64,000 nucleotides of DNA from a virus (taxonomy: Duplodnaviria; Caudoviricetes): positions 934-64,933 of the IMG/VR virus record IMGVR_UViG_3300034132_000017; one strand, given 5' to 3'. Shown here piece after piece: positions 39,001 through 48,398 of this stretch; the first letter of the stretch is position 1, and each line of letters starts with the position of its first letter. The position numbers were made by a program, and so were the translations under genes. The notes under the pieces were generated by a model. The model saw nothing but the letters and a program-made list of their open reading frames with translations, did no database searches and had not been told where the DNA came from.

Positions 39001-42000
39001 GAAGCCTAAAACCACTGCTGAGGTGCAGGGTAGAGGGGGTCAAAAGGGTTTACCCTCAAACGGCGTTATTGATGATGTCAGCAGGGATAAAGAGAAGGGT
39101 GGCATTAATGGAATCTTCGATATAGCAACTCTCGGAATAGGGAAAATCGGAGAGCAGATAAATCGAGGTGTTACCTACCTCAAAACTGGGAGCGCTGACT
39201 ATTACTCTTATGCAGACTTAAGGCGAGATGACGTAATCAAAGGCGTTGCCGATATGACGGGCTATAACTCTGAGTTTTCGGGTGACGCTCGTAGTCGGCT
39301 GGCTGAACTGAAAATGGGTACCGGGAGGGGTGCCCAGTTCAAAAAGATTGATAAAGATCTGCAAAATGCACAGGATGAGCAGAAAGCGCTGAAGTCTGAG
39401 GCAGATCAGAAGTACACCCGCAAAGGGTTAGCAGTCGATCCTGACCTGCAATTTAAGATTCAGCAGAACCAGGACAAAATTAAAACTCTCAATCAACAGC
39501 GTCAGGATGCGGCTGAGCCGTTCCAGCAAAACTTAGCTGGAATTGAGAAGCTGATCAATAACACGAAAGGCAAAATTGAAGAGCTGAAAGACCCTGAAGT
39601 TGTGAAAGCAGTTGGGGGTCAGGCAGTCGCAGACGAGCGGAGGGGAGCGCTTCAGGAGTCACTGAACAACCTCAATAAACTCAAGGTTGAATATCAGTCA
39701 ACGATGAGCGCTTTGAGGACTGATCCAGTTCTGGCTTTAGGGAATGCGTTTGAACAGCTAACTAAGCAGCTTGACGATGCAAAGCGTTCTACAGAGCGCT
39801 ATCTAGCAACCCAGAAAGAGAAGAATATTCGGGGTGAAATTGCGGGTTTTGCAACTGATCCCAATGCAGGGCGTAAAGCAGCTCTGGCAAACCTTCAGGC
39901 TGAACGCAACGGGGCTGAAGATGAACTGAATTCAACTAATAAAGGGATTGCAGATCTCAAACCTGTTGTTGAAAGTCAGGCAACTAGCGCAGCTCTGGCA
40001 GGGTTCGGATTATCTCAAGACAGCACGATCGGAGACATTGATAAAGAACTTGGGCGAACAGGTCAAACTGATGCAGACAAGCCGAAACGCCAGGTTCTAG
40101 AGCAGTTCAAGAAATATAAAGAGCTGCAAGATAAAGTCCCTCAATTAAACCTGAATGTTGCTGAAAAAGAGAAGGCAATTCAGGAGCAAGTACAGACAAA
40201 CACCCTCGCTGACCTTGATCGCGACACTGCTAATCGGGAGTCGAGAGTTAAGCGTACTGAAAGCTCTCAGACTGCGGCTGTTCGTGCCCGTCAGCTAAAG
40301 ACTGGTGAGAGCGATACACAGGTAGGTGATCAACTCGCACGAATTCAGCTTAACGCTACTAAGGACTATCAAAAGAGTCTGAATACTCAACTTCAATCGC
40401 TTGAAGATGCCCATCAGAAAGGCATTATCAGCGCTGAAGAGTACGAAAAGAGACGGCGCGACATTGAGGATCGGTTGGGTGATCTAGGGGTCAAGAAAGC
40501 TGAACAAGAGTTAGCAGTCAGAAAGGCTGTCAGTGCAAAGATTCTAGAGAACCTTCAGATTGCGGCTGATAAGGCTCAACTTGAAGCTAAGAAGATTCAA
40601 AACACCGCAGTTATCAGCATTAAGCGGAACATTATCAAGAAGGGGTTAGACGCTAACGATTCAGAAGCGGGAGTAGATTTGGCGAAGGCTGATCTAGATG
40701 CGACCAACCGACAGGAAGGGCTTATCGGTAATCAACTCGCTGAACTAACCGCCAACAAAGACAAGATTGACCCTGAAGAATTTCGTAAGAAGTCGATGGA
40801 GCTGGAAGGTCAGCTTTCAGACTTGGGTGTTCAGAAGGCAGATAAAGAGCTGGCTTTAAGAGATGCGATCAACCGCAAAATCATCGAAGGGTTGGAGCTG
40901 GCTAACCAGCAGGCAACGGCAGCGGTTCAACTTTCTGAGACTGAAAGAGTTACTGCAAATAAAGCGACTCTAGCAACGAGTGATCCTGACGTTGGTAAGT
41001 ATTCTGAAGCGGCTGTAGAGCGCTCTAACGTCCTGATAGAAGCTGACTCTACCAGTCAGAGGATCGCGCTTAAACAGCGTGAGATTGAACAGAACCGGAA
41101 GTTGGTTGCTGATAAGAATCGCAGCGCTAAAGAAGGGCAAAAAATTGAGCTTCAGTTGCAGCAGGAAGTAGCAGAACTCAATCAGAAGCGAGTTGATCAG
41201 GAAATCCGCTTGCAGAAGGAGTTACGGGACAAGCGAATTCAACTGCTTGAGGATGTTGAAAAATACGAACTTAAGAGTCTGCAACGCTCTAAAGACCTCG
41301 TGCAGGCCCAACAGGGGTTAGCTAAAGCTCTCAATGATCTAGCAAATGCTGGTGATAAGGGCAGAGCTGATCAGTTTGGTCGTGCAGCAGAACTGATTAA
41401 GAAACGCGACGACGAAAACTCTGGTCCCGAAACTCAGGAAGCGGCTCGAAACCAGCTCAAGCGGTTGGGTGTCGATGAGAACGCGACTGAGCTTGATGTT
41501 TTGGCTAAAAAGGCTGAGATTGAAAACCGGATTGCAGAACGCAAGATGGCAGCTCAGGAGCTGGAGTTTGACTATCAGAAGAAAATTCTGGAGTTAGAAA
41601 TCCAGCGCGATAAGTTGGCAGCTAAACAGGAAATCAGGAAAGCGAAGAAGGATGTTCGCGATGCTGAAAAGGCTGATAGACAGGCAAAATCAGACCTACT
41701 AGAAGCCTATAAGAGCGGTGATCCTGAAAAAATTCGCGATGCCGAGTTAGCGGCTGAGAGTGCAGGAATTGATGTCAAAGATGCAAAGCTCAACCTCAAA
41801 GATGCCCAGGAAAACTCTGACGCTGTAGATAAGACCGCAGATTACAAACGCCAAACGCTGGCGGCCACCCAAGACACTCAGCGGCAAGATACCTATTACC
41901 AGGAAGAGAACCGGGCTGAAACCCAGGATATGACCCTCGCAGAGCTGAGGGATAAGTACGGTGACGATGGGAAATCGCGGGGGATTGCCGATCGCGGCTA

Positions 42001-42349
42001 TAGGCAAGTAGATGCTTACGGGCAGAGGCTCACAGACATCTACAACACTCAGAACAAGAACGAATTTGCCAACCTCGAAATGAAACCCAACTCGCAGTTT
42101 GCCTATGCGCCTGCGGGCCCCACGGCTGGAACATTCGATCAAGCGGGAGCTGCACAGCAACCCGCCAGTGTTTCTAGCGCACTGGGCGAGGGGTTCACCT
42201 ACATGGGTCAGAAGTTTGATGAGTTGAGCCAGAAGATTGAAGCGGCGATCAATAGACCAACTTCTGTAGCGTTCCACAGTCAGAAACCTGTAGACGACTA
42301 TGCCGACTACCAGAATCGGCAAGCAGGTAACACTCTGAGAGCTTGGTAG
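33056..42349 (+). CDS. tape measure protein with embedded hydrolase- and peptidase-like domains
   Basis: 3097 aa; tape-measure domain (LSQSASKGVVSSEELRQQLSERIPGA); GTSGG at 34754; HEARH at 36761. Confidence 0.93.
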   Translation: MTELGDVGIGLQLDLNGLEEQLQQLEQYTAKPIKVKLQLDKDAKEAIQREIKALKIEPVKVDIVINDKELERQLKRLQKVKNELGNYEIKIDTSKSEANLARLGSAVNEVRSQIRGLDRDIRRLEDVSINVNTRFSDRQIKSALKELENPEVTVDAKFRRKQVQKELDQLDNLTVLAKVVPIVDEKRALQQLKQLEEPIRPIIAPRLQTRNLERQVEESVARGTKVGFETGLNKVKIKFFNPDDYTKVELSKSPKFIRNDYRPDALFSKVEVSKTPKLVLNTDSPLVRDTLTRGFQGLLQAITNADEHNQSVTRSSGGQKGSSGPLSTPIALASKAASIAINPEKQVYQGFMSGIGQNLAAPLTKNLIKTLNKELGTDLTALGTALGKRLISKGAGLSKSLGITQTREDFSLFAKEIIEFYKDVAGDISLLDGAKRRYHENYKSTAERVKANAITRSQEIQKTDKEAVTIVSGGFAGKKGEHAKENVIPLFQKHNLLENHELVDFKNTNSDTNAGLFSAPQKWLPEVLVNKLLRNVVRGSNPDAERMATEALAHQMANPGKPVNLFGTSGGGLNVSDALEILKATGSQGFRGVSEGTPISGLINNNKRDEFTNFMGMLDPAVLLTLTPQGRENNRYLTTGGAGHYTPNYFKDKNFRDETTEFYSRSKPPKVPLGFRIDNLGKESQGVQVGINDLKARQEKLIRELEIANAELDQSFQQLEQSSKETSAKATKRARKSLEVRQRRDQYLANRQGLSANPPPESTQVVQGQSQLSDVKVSSVVGTQNPSKEQFQEVIARRKELFKTQLKAVEGLNGAEKAEALRRILQVAQQEEERVNTDVAQKFGRNISGVLASYRRFLSSSGNKPGVQQNITQQLNQLSPEAGIRGGRQRAEGRLSSQTQQQLDRFSQSFNLGGTQPPNSTIPDGPDQLSKVAVPTGVSGLFGKLKAFVASEKGSNLISTVGITASKVAGARLGSELGIVGELVGGLGTGLVARNAIALGRSGASAYTGLKGDKDFQSAGFREKFKRVAQQTGVNFNSEANQKDLGSGVSGDLIGAGVGAAVGKGLSPLLGRIASELDQSGVLKLIESIPGKGAIAAAVATPGLVKLRERIATATTKPSKDLEQSSEVDVKQLSKVEQNPLQAFADRFKALFSKQRLDAQKTYEAIIRETAKLSGINIKPGDIPKLVVSNSKLDGSKALYDIKSNQIIISKATGELLGSTIENIQRHQKKIADVVHEARHALQLNFGKTSIGEIAGGIKQPNVPLFDPNKPHSEYVAKGADLSVQASVNSAAAKGYTVPQIGLETLKRLELDAYQFEEQFTGKIVDSVAQALKSVGEEFNPDVLYKREKSESQRKLQQAVFKGGQKTPNPEVKTSVVEVLPPEALKLPEARPKTDTTQTIDVGQTQAAPKSANQRRLREVFFAKGEDREALISEAIGFRAGKVNRARYEAVRAVSPEFGEQFADDISRRKARKIAGDQARQEVKETVKSGVKEATNNFSQRISGNVPPTEAGKSLPFRPSIGNAKAAFQGLFEDLDTLKGKLNIEGVLSGFSKNFDKTFASIRKGFDVGTGGDLGVVYRLQNYARGIQGAFNFGRKIDQPFDKLKEAGDRVFPNLGTKALQLGKAFLGIAGVAIIASEVIKLGKASFGAFVELDKLKTALNFAVGGQSQGASALKFVGETVDQLKIPLAGSVKGFTQLAAATRGTTAEGKGTRDVFLGLSQASTVLSLSADETQGALLALSQSASKGVVSSEELRQQLSERIPGAMGIAARSMGLTESAFNSLLESGQILSSDFLPRFGKQLQAEFGDAAKSAAGNAQSAIFNLQNAFTKLQQGFGEGISPAAIGILNIFAVVVEVVANNIQHLVLALTAIGLTLTQMFISSLVASIGWMGIAKAVVGSLSTVLGALTTVVQRFGKELAIAGLSFVIIEMIKAVADAVNNDLSQSFKKAAEEARKTAEAAKDIKPPPNGKDGNGNGQGNEPEKPKTTAEVQGRGGQKGLPSNGVIDDVSRDKEKGGINGIFDIATLGIGKIGEQINRGVTYLKTGSADYYSYADLRRDDVIKGVADMTGYNSEFSGDARSRLAELKMGTGRGAQFKKIDKDLQNAQDEQKALKSEADQKYTRKGLAVDPDLQFKIQQNQDKIKTLNQQRQDAAEPFQQNLAGIEKLINNTKGKIEELKDPEVVKAVGGQAVADERRGALQESLNNLNKLKVEYQSTMSALRTDPVLALGNAFEQLTKQLDDAKRSTERYLATQKEKNIRGEIAGFATDPNAGRKAALANLQAERNGAEDELNSTNKGIADLKPVVESQATSAALAGFGLSQDSTIGDIDKELGRTGQTDADKPKRQVLEQFKKYKELQDKVPQLNLNVAEKEKAIQEQVQTNTLADLDRDTANRESRVKRTESSQTAAVRARQLKTGESDTQVGDQLARIQLNATKDYQKSLNTQLQSLEDAHQKGIISAEEYEKRRRDIEDRLGDLGVKKAEQELAVRKAVSAKILENLQIAADKAQLEAKKIQNTAVISIKRNIIKKGLDANDSEAGVDLAKADLDATNRQEGLIGNQLAELTANKDKIDPEEFRKKSMELEGQLSDLGVQKADKELALRDAINRKIIEGLELANQQATAAVQLSETERVTANKATLATSDPDVGKYSEAAVERSNVLIEADSTSQRIALKQREIEQNRKLVADKNRSAKEGQKIELQLQQEVAELNQKRVDQEIRLQKELRDKRIQLLEDVEKYELKSLQRSKDLVQAQQGLAKALNDLANAGDKGRADQFGRAAELIKKRDDENSGPETQEAARNQLKRLGVDENATELDVLAKKAEIENRIAERKMAAQELEFDYQKKILELEIQRDKLAAKQEIRKAKKDVRDAEKADRQAKSDLLEAYKSGDPEKIRDAELAAESAGIDVKDAKLNLKDAQENSDAVDKTADYKRQTLAATQDTQRQDTYYQEENRAETQDMTLAELRDKYGDDGKSRGIADRGYRQVDAYGQRLTDIYNTQNKNEFANLEMKPNSQFAYAPAGPTAGTFDQAGAAQQPASVSSALGEGFTYMGQKFDELSQKIEAAINRPTSVAFHSQKPVDDYADYQNRQAGNTLRAW

Positions 42350-42388
42350 GAATGTAGGAACAACAGGGCGACTCCACTAGATCGCCCT

Positions 42389-42865
42389 ATGCAAACCTTA
42401 GTCCTCACCCTTGGAAGCTCTGTTGCAGTTCTCAAAGAATTTGCATCAGGAAACGGCTATGACCGCACTACAGCGGAAACCGGGGATGTTGAATACTCGC
42501 TCAACGGCACACCGATCGCCGATGGGCATCTCTATGAACCCAAGTGGGTGTGGACGGTCAGCGCTTACACAGAGGAAGCAACGGCGCTCACTATAGAGCG
42601 CATATTCAGGCGTTCAGAGCGCTATAGAGCGGCTGAGATCAGTTTTGGGATTCTCCTAGCGGATTACGTCAAACCCTGCACTGAAGACGCGCCACAGAGC
42701 AGGCAGCTTGCGCCTGGTGGCTCAATCGTTTCTACAGACGATGAATTGATTTATCCAGCGGTCTACAGCGTTCGGATGTTTCAGCCGAAGGTGTTGCCCA
42801 CAGGCAACGGGCACACCTGGCTAGTTTCATTCGTGCTGAAAGAACTAGACAGGGTGGCACCATGA
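42389..42865 (+). CDS. putative distal tail protein
   Basis: Directly after the tape measure gene; late motif at 42354. Confidence 0.6.
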   Translation: MQTLVLTLGSSVAVLKEFASGNGYDRTTAETGDVEYSLNGTPIADGHLYEPKWVWTVSAYTEEATALTIERIFRRSERYRAAEISFGILLADYVKPCTEDAPQSRQLAPGGSIVSTDDELIYPAVYSVRMFQPKVLPTGNGHTWLVSFVLKELDRVAP

Positions 42866-45306
42866 CGGTGAACCTCAGCATTCGGAATTATCAAGTAGTA
42901 GTAGCGGGTCTGAACTGTACAGACGGCATTACCAGCTTTCGCGGGAGTGATAGCAAGCTAGACCAGTCGGGGCTAGTGACCTTCAAAGGTGAATTGGTAA
43001 TTGGAAAGCCGCTCGGATTTGAAAGTCTGGACGATCGGCGCAACGACCGATGGAGTAGGGGCAACACAGTCACTATCAAAATTGCGGATTCCTCTGGCGT
43101 TCCCCGACTGTCCCCAAGAGGGGGCACGCTCAAAATCCTCAGCAGCTCCTACGCTCCGGCGACCCGCAAGCTAACCCTGCAACTGGGAGATCAGCTAGAA
43201 CTGCTACGCTTCCGCGAACCTAACGGGGATGCTTCAAAAATTTGCCTGGGAACTAGCGTCAGCCGAACTGGAGTAGTGAACACGCTCTTAGCTGCCGCAG
43301 GATGCCCCGCTCTCGTAGGCTCCTCGATTCCTGGAAGTCTAAGCGCTCCGACTCCTAAACTCTTAGAGGGCTCATACATTGACCAGGCAGCAGCGATCGC
43401 AGCCGCAGCGGGATATGTCCTGTATGTGGACAGCGCGGGACTTGTGCGGTGTACGCCGATCAATATCAAGCAATCTAGTCCAGTAATGCTCGTCGGCAAT
43501 GGGGCGATTGTCCTAGCGGAAAGAGTCGCTGGAGAGCAACCACCCTGCAATCTGATTGTGAAGGGCAAGGCTTCAATCGTTCGGGCTACCCAATCTTCTA
43601 CCAGTTCATTCATCGAGGAAACTGGTCCCGCTTTCATGGCGGGGGCTCAATCTAAATCGACCATCCTGACCAAGCGGATTCAGAAGGTAGATACCTTTGA
43701 CCGGGGCAGCAAGACCAGAAGGATTGAAACGAAGGAGCAAGCGCCTGTAGGTCTACTGCTGCCGGATGACAAAAACTATTACGGAAAAACTGATCTGATT
43801 AATTCAGAATTTAAGCGGGAGATCTATACCTACGAGCAAAATTCGCCCGTATCAGGGGATTCAGCATCTACTCATTGTGAACAGGGCAATAAAGGGCGGC
43901 TCAAAACCTACGAGAGCTACACCTATCAGTTGAGAGGTGTGGTTTTGCGAGATGTCCTTTCGACCTACCCGCAGCGGTTAGCAACCACTAAGAACGCCAT
44001 TCCGCTCAACAAAACAGCGTTGATGGTTGGCGAGTACAAGATCACCACGTATGAGTACAACGATGGCGCAGGAGGAAGATCAGGGAATTTCACCGGGACC
44101 GGAAACCCCGACGACTTCACCGACTGGCAAGATGAACCTTTGGGCAGTGGACCGAGAATTGTTACTCGCGTCTTTAATGCAGTCGGAGCAATCGATCCAG
44201 CCGACTTCAAGTACAGTGCAAAATTCTCGCGGGGTGATCCAACGCGGTTGGTTGAAAGCGATCGACTGGTGCAGTATTGGCGAGAACTCAGCGCCGGAGA
44301 ATGGGAAGCCGACAAAACAGAGTACAAATCTCTGATCCTGGTTAGCTCAACTGCGGCTGATAAGCTTAGAGCGCTATTCAAAAGCTCCAACAAGGTCAGA
44401 AGCTTTGCATCTTCACCGTTAGACTTTTCAGCAGAACTGACAGGGTTGACCACTTCCAGCAGTGAGGAAACCATCTCAAACTCTGGGCAAGCCCAACCGC
44501 CAGCACCCGATACCTATCCGGCGGCGTTCACCACAAAGGATGTGGTGGTGAAGGGTAGAGCGATTCTGCCTACCAATGCAGAGAGCGACTATCGCCAGGT
44601 CAAGAAAGAAATGGATTTCCAATACCTCACAGGGGTTGGAAAGGGGGCAGCTCAGTCTGAAGCTGACAATCTAGCGAAGCTTTGGGGTGTGCTTCTTTGG
44701 GGACGATCGAAGGCAACCAGCTACACTACAGACCTCAATAATTCCTGGTGGAACTATGCGCCAGGGGCGAGAGTGGACGTACAGGAAGATGAGGCGAAAT
44801 TCTCTTATCTGGGCGATGGCTTCTGCATTGCAATGGCGGGTAAGCGCTGCGTCGTCAGCTTTGATGGGCTGTACATGGGTGAAGTTCGCACCGTTCCCGC
44901 ACCCCCGAACCTGGGGGGCAGTGGTGGGGGTAGCAGTGGTGGGGGCAGCGGTGGGGGCGAAGGCTCAGAAACGATTGAAGTAATCATCCCTCCCTACAAG
45001 CGTGTTTACCTGGGCGAGTTTGCCGGGGGCAGCGGGGCGATCGTTTCTCACCGCAACTATTCAACAGAACCGCATCGGGTGACAGTTCAGGCAGCCGGAG
45101 GCAGCGCAATCAAAGCGATTAACCGAGATGCGATCGTGATTAAAGCAGCCAGTGGGGGAGCTGCTAAGGTCATCTGCCGCAGGCGTTCTGTGAGAGCAGG
45201 ATCAGCAAGCGCTGTAGAAGCGGCTCACACGATTCGTTGGAGTGAGGTTGATCTAAGCTTGTGGCGGGGGATGACTGCCCTACAATGGCGGCTCTTAACT
45301 CGTTAA
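42862..45306 (+). CDS. putative baseplate hub/central tail protein
   Basis: 814 aa, position after the Dit-like gene. Confidence 0.6.
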   Translation: MTVNLSIRNYQVVVAGLNCTDGITSFRGSDSKLDQSGLVTFKGELVIGKPLGFESLDDRRNDRWSRGNTVTIKIADSSGVPRLSPRGGTLKILSSSYAPATRKLTLQLGDQLELLRFREPNGDASKICLGTSVSRTGVVNTLLAAAGCPALVGSSIPGSLSAPTPKLLEGSYIDQAAAIAAAAGYVLYVDSAGLVRCTPINIKQSSPVMLVGNGAIVLAERVAGEQPPCNLIVKGKASIVRATQSSTSSFIEETGPAFMAGAQSKSTILTKRIQKVDTFDRGSKTRRIETKEQAPVGLLLPDDKNYYGKTDLINSEFKREIYTYEQNSPVSGDSASTHCEQGNKGRLKTYESYTYQLRGVVLRDVLSTYPQRLATTKNAIPLNKTALMVGEYKITTYEYNDGAGGRSGNFTGTGNPDDFTDWQDEPLGSGPRIVTRVFNAVGAIDPADFKYSAKFSRGDPTRLVESDRLVQYWRELSAGEWEADKTEYKSLILVSSTAADKLRALFKSSNKVRSFASSPLDFSAELTGLTTSSSEETISNSGQAQPPAPDTYPAAFTTKDVVVKGRAILPTNAESDYRQVKKEMDFQYLTGVGKGAAQSEADNLAKLWGVLLWGRSKATSYTTDLNNSWWNYAPGARVDVQEDEAKFSYLGDGFCIAMAGKRCVVSFDGLYMGEVRTVPAPPNLGGSGGGSSGGGSGGGEGSETIEVIIPPYKRVYLGEFAGGSGAIVSHRNYSTEPHRVTVQAAGGSAIKAINRDAIVIKAASGGAAKVICRRRSVRAGSASAVEAAHTIRWSEVDLSLWRGMTALQWRLLTR

Positions 45307-45310
45307 GTTC

Positions 45311-45482
45311 GGATTTTTAGCTCTTAACTTCTAAACTCCTAAACTCCTAAACGTTTAAGCTTTTAGGCTCCTAAACTTTCAGCCTCTTAGGTGTTTAGAC
45401 TTCTCAACTTCCAACTCTCAACTCTCAACCCTCTAGGCTTCCAGACTTTTAGAAGTTTAAGAGTTTAAGAGTTTAGAAGTTT
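45311..45482. repeat. octamer array (centromere candidate)
   Basis: About 20 units with 7-8 bp period (ACTCCTAA, ACGTTTAA, GCTCCTAA, GAGTTTAA), shared with the parA promoter. Confidence 0.8.
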
Positions 45483-45584
45483 ATTCATTAGCGCTATTCA
45501 TTAAGGGTTAGTGAACACTCTCAAAACTTACGCAAGTTTTGGGCATTCTGAGGGCATGTTCTCTCAGCTTGGAACCCAACTGTT

Positions 45585-46292
45585 GTGCCTGCTTTTTTTC
45601 ATAACGACTGGATAACCCGCAAGGGCGAGATTCTATATCGGGGTGCGACTCCTCCGGATGCTGACAAGTTCTACTTCTGTCTGACCGACAGTAGTTTACT
45701 GAACAGGTCAAGCAGTTTGGCGGATTTCATTAGTGCAGAATTGCCCGTTGAACTGGGCTACCAGCGGAAAAAAATTAAGTGGGAGGATCCCGGCGTTTTT
45801 AGCAATAGCAACAAGCGGTATGAGCTTCCCAGGCAAGAAGCCGAATTCGTAGCCGATGGTGGCTCCTTGCAGTCTCAGATCGCTTTTTTGCTGGCTGACG
45901 CTCACGCCAGGGCAGCGGAAACAATTGGTTCAAGCAACGTGACTGCCGGGGGGGCGAATTTATTCACTGTCTCCGGTGGTCATTTGCTCTCAACTGGAGA
46001 TAAGTTCATGCTGACTCCTGACGCTGGCTCAACGCTTCCAGACCCGCTGGAAGAGGGCACAGTGTACACAGCGATCGGCGCAAGTTCAACCAACTTTCAG
46101 CCTTCAATCGATGGTCTAACGGCTGTCACGCTTAGTAACGTTGGCTCAGGCACGTTTCGGGTCAAGTATGCGAGCGGCTCAGTGGTTTTGCTCTTCATTG
46201 ATGAAGATCCAATAATTACCCCTGATACCAAGCCGTTGATCTATGACCTGGACATTGTTGAGATGAATACCCTGTATGCGGCGGGGGTGTAG
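45585..46292 (+). CDS. minor tail protein
   Basis: GTG start, tail module context. Confidence 0.55.
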   Translation: MPAFFHNDWITRKGEILYRGATPPDADKFYFCLTDSSLLNRSSSLADFISAELPVELGYQRKKIKWEDPGVFSNSNKRYELPRQEAEFVADGGSLQSQIAFLLADAHARAAETIGSSNVTAGGANLFTVSGGHLLSTGDKFMLTPDAGSTLPDPLEEGTVYTAIGASSTNFQPSIDGLTAVTLSNVGSGTFRVKYASGSVVLLFIDEDPIITPDTKPLIYDLDIVEMNTLYAAGV

Positions 46293-46736
46293 GTGACTAC
46301 TATCTACACTGGCTACGGGGTTCGCACTGTCGCAGAACTCAAAGACATCGCGCCGGACGATCGCGAGGATGGGATGATCCTTGCAGTTTACGATACCCGG
46401 CGCTTCTATCAGTTTGAGGAAACCAGCGAAGCGACCAACGATGACGAGACAGTGATCGCACCCTACAGTGGGGATGGTCGCTGGCTCTCGCTCAAAGCTG
46501 AAAGTGATAGCGGGGAAGGTGGGGGCGGCTCAGGTGGTTCAGGAGAGCCGATCATCACCTACGAGATCACCTACCCAGATGGAACCTACACCCCAAGCTT
46601 TATCGGGCAGCTCTACATCACCTACGACAATAACGGAAATAGCAATGTCTCCAACTACACCTATCACAGGATTTACATCGCTTACAGATTGAGTAACCAG
46701 GGTTGGGAATTTTTGCGTGAGGGTGGGGGAAGCTAG
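46293..46736 (+). CDS. minor tail protein with tailspike-type N-terminal module
   Basis: TVAELK...FYQF...DDETVIAP..GDGRW. Confidence 0.55.
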   Translation: MTTIYTGYGVRTVAELKDIAPDDREDGMILAVYDTRRFYQFEETSEATNDDETVIAPYSGDGRWLSLKAESDSGEGGGGSGGSGEPIITYEITYPDGTYTPSFIGQLYITYDNNGNSNVSNYTYHRIYIAYRLSNQGWEFLREGGGS

Positions 46737-48112
46737 TGGATGAGGCAGTCAAGCTGATTCGGCACACACAAGCTGAAAACCGCGCCGAATTTGCAAATAA
46801 AGTGTCTGAGCAAAGGGAGCAGGAAAGCCAGCTTCAGCCTGCTTACGAGTATCAGGGGAAAAATGCGGATACCGGGGAAGGGGTAATCAAGTCACAGGGA
46901 GGGGATGAAACTGTAACTGGACAGGTGATCACCAGTGGCAGCATTAAGGAAGGGGAACAGGTTTGTGTAGGGGCAGCTCCTGGAATGGTGACGATCAATC
47001 AGATGCCCTCGCCCAAAGTTAATCCCCAAACAACCACACCGCAGAAGCCCAAAAGCCGGATTAAATATCTGTACTTGATTGCCGAAAAAGACAAAATAAT
47101 TTTACTCGTCGGTGGCTGGAAGCAAGATAACGTAGTGGTTGGAGAGCTACCGAAAGATGCAGTTATCACCAATTCTGCAATTACAAACCTTGGAAATGAT
47201 GACTGGCTAGTTGATTTGATTTATTACCAGGCTTCAAAGCCAACGATAAGAAAGTTCCAAACATTTTCCTCAAACGAGGAGAGGAATTGGGAGATCACAG
47301 CTCCTTCAAATGACTATTTTCAAGCGGGCGACTATATAGCAGGCAACACTTTCTTCTGTACGCCTGTCTTTGAATGGTTTCCCATTGGTGCCCCAATTAT
47401 TGGCGGAGATCCAGGCGATCCAGATTCAATTACTCGGATTATTTATTCAGGGTCTATCAACTATTGGTTTCAAACCAAACACGACAAAACAACGGCACAG
47501 GGAGGATTTGAGGCATACACCGTCACAAGTCGCTATCAAGAAGGTGATTTCGTTAAGTCATACACCGTTCAGCGGCATAACACCTTTGATTTAATGATGC
47601 TACCCTCTGAAGATTTTGATAATCCCTTAATCGTCACAGCAAGGGATGAAATATTCATCAGCACCAATCAAGGGGTTAGCACTAGCACACTCGATTATGA
47701 TTTTTATTTTGTAACTCGAATCAATGAAACGGGTTCGACTGGGCTTGCAGTCAGAGAGAGTACAGGAAACGGGAAACAGCTACTCTGGCTGGAAGAAAGC
47801 GGGGTAAAAGCAATCACGCTTGATGACAGCACTCTTTCAGAACAGGTTGGAGCGCCATTAGACACAGTGGGGTTCTATCAAGATGTCGCTGATGATAGTT
47901 TTTCGTACATCTACCCTTATGACTTCCTAAAAGACCAGGAGGGTACTGAATACCAGCCTTCCTTACCGATGGAAGATAGATTAATCAAAGTTACTCGGTT
48001 TCACTCTGACGGCTCGATCGCTGAAGAACTCCAGGAAAACGTCTACAAGGTTGATCAGGATGTCAAAAGTAGTTCTGGTATCCAATTTTTAGGAGCGTCC
48101 TATCATGCCTGA
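46736..48112 (+). CDS. putative receptor-binding/tail tip protein
   Basis: N-terminus paralogous to 48105-48398; beta-rich, AT-richer C-terminus. Confidence 0.55.
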   Translation: MDEAVKLIRHTQAENRAEFANKVSEQREQESQLQPAYEYQGKNADTGEGVIKSQGGDETVTGQVITSGSIKEGEQVCVGAAPGMVTINQMPSPKVNPQTTTPQKPKSRIKYLYLIAEKDKIILLVGGWKQDNVVVGELPKDAVITNSAITNLGNDDWLVDLIYYQASKPTIRKFQTFSSNEERNWEITAPSNDYFQAGDYIAGNTFFCTPVFEWFPIGAPIIGGDPGDPDSITRIIYSGSINYWFQTKHDKTTAQGGFEAYTVTSRYQEGDFVKSYTVQRHNTFDLMMLPSEDFDNPLIVTARDEIFISTNQGVSTSTLDYDFYFVTRINETGSTGLAVRESTGNGKQLLWLEESGVKAITLDDSTLSEQVGAPLDTVGFYQDVADDSFSYIYPYDFLKDQEGTEYQPSLPMEDRLIKVTRFHSDGSIAEELQENVYKVDQDVKSSSGIQFLGASYHA

Positions 48113-48398
48113 CCCTGACCCAATTCAACTCATTAGACAAGAGCAGGCGGATAACCGCGCCGATTTTGCTAAGAAGGGCGAATCTCAGAAGCGCAAAGAA
48201 GCGCTACAGCAACAGTTTGTAGGCACCTATCTTGGTCCCAATGCAGATCAAGATGTGGGTGTCGTGCAGATTGAAGGGAGCGCTCAGACCGTCCCTTGTG
48301 AAGTGATCACCAATGGGGCGATTACAGAAGGGGATAGGGTTCTAGTGTCATTTCCCAAAGGTTCTCGCATTGGGTTTCTAACTGCGATGCCGTCTTAA
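48105..48398 (+). CDS. small tail protein (possible OB-fold)
   Basis: Paralog of the previous gene's N-terminus. Confidence 0.5.
   Translation: MPDPDPIQLIRQEQADNRADFAKKGESQKRKEALQQQFVGTYLGPNADQDVGVVQIEGSAQTVPCEVITNGAITEGDRVLVSFPKGSRIGFLTAMPS

Noticed and set aside
41747-42322. 191-aa antisense ORF; likewise 25725-26216, 43191-43637 and 43965-44474
   Set aside because: Shadow frames of long real genes with no recognisable motifs or start signals
44910-44960. G-rich repeat
   Set aside because: Encodes a Gly/Ser linker in the hub protein
45311-45482. CRISPR array or microsatellite
   Set aside because: No repeat-spacer architecture; units match the parA promoter octamers. No CRISPR or tRNA was found in the window
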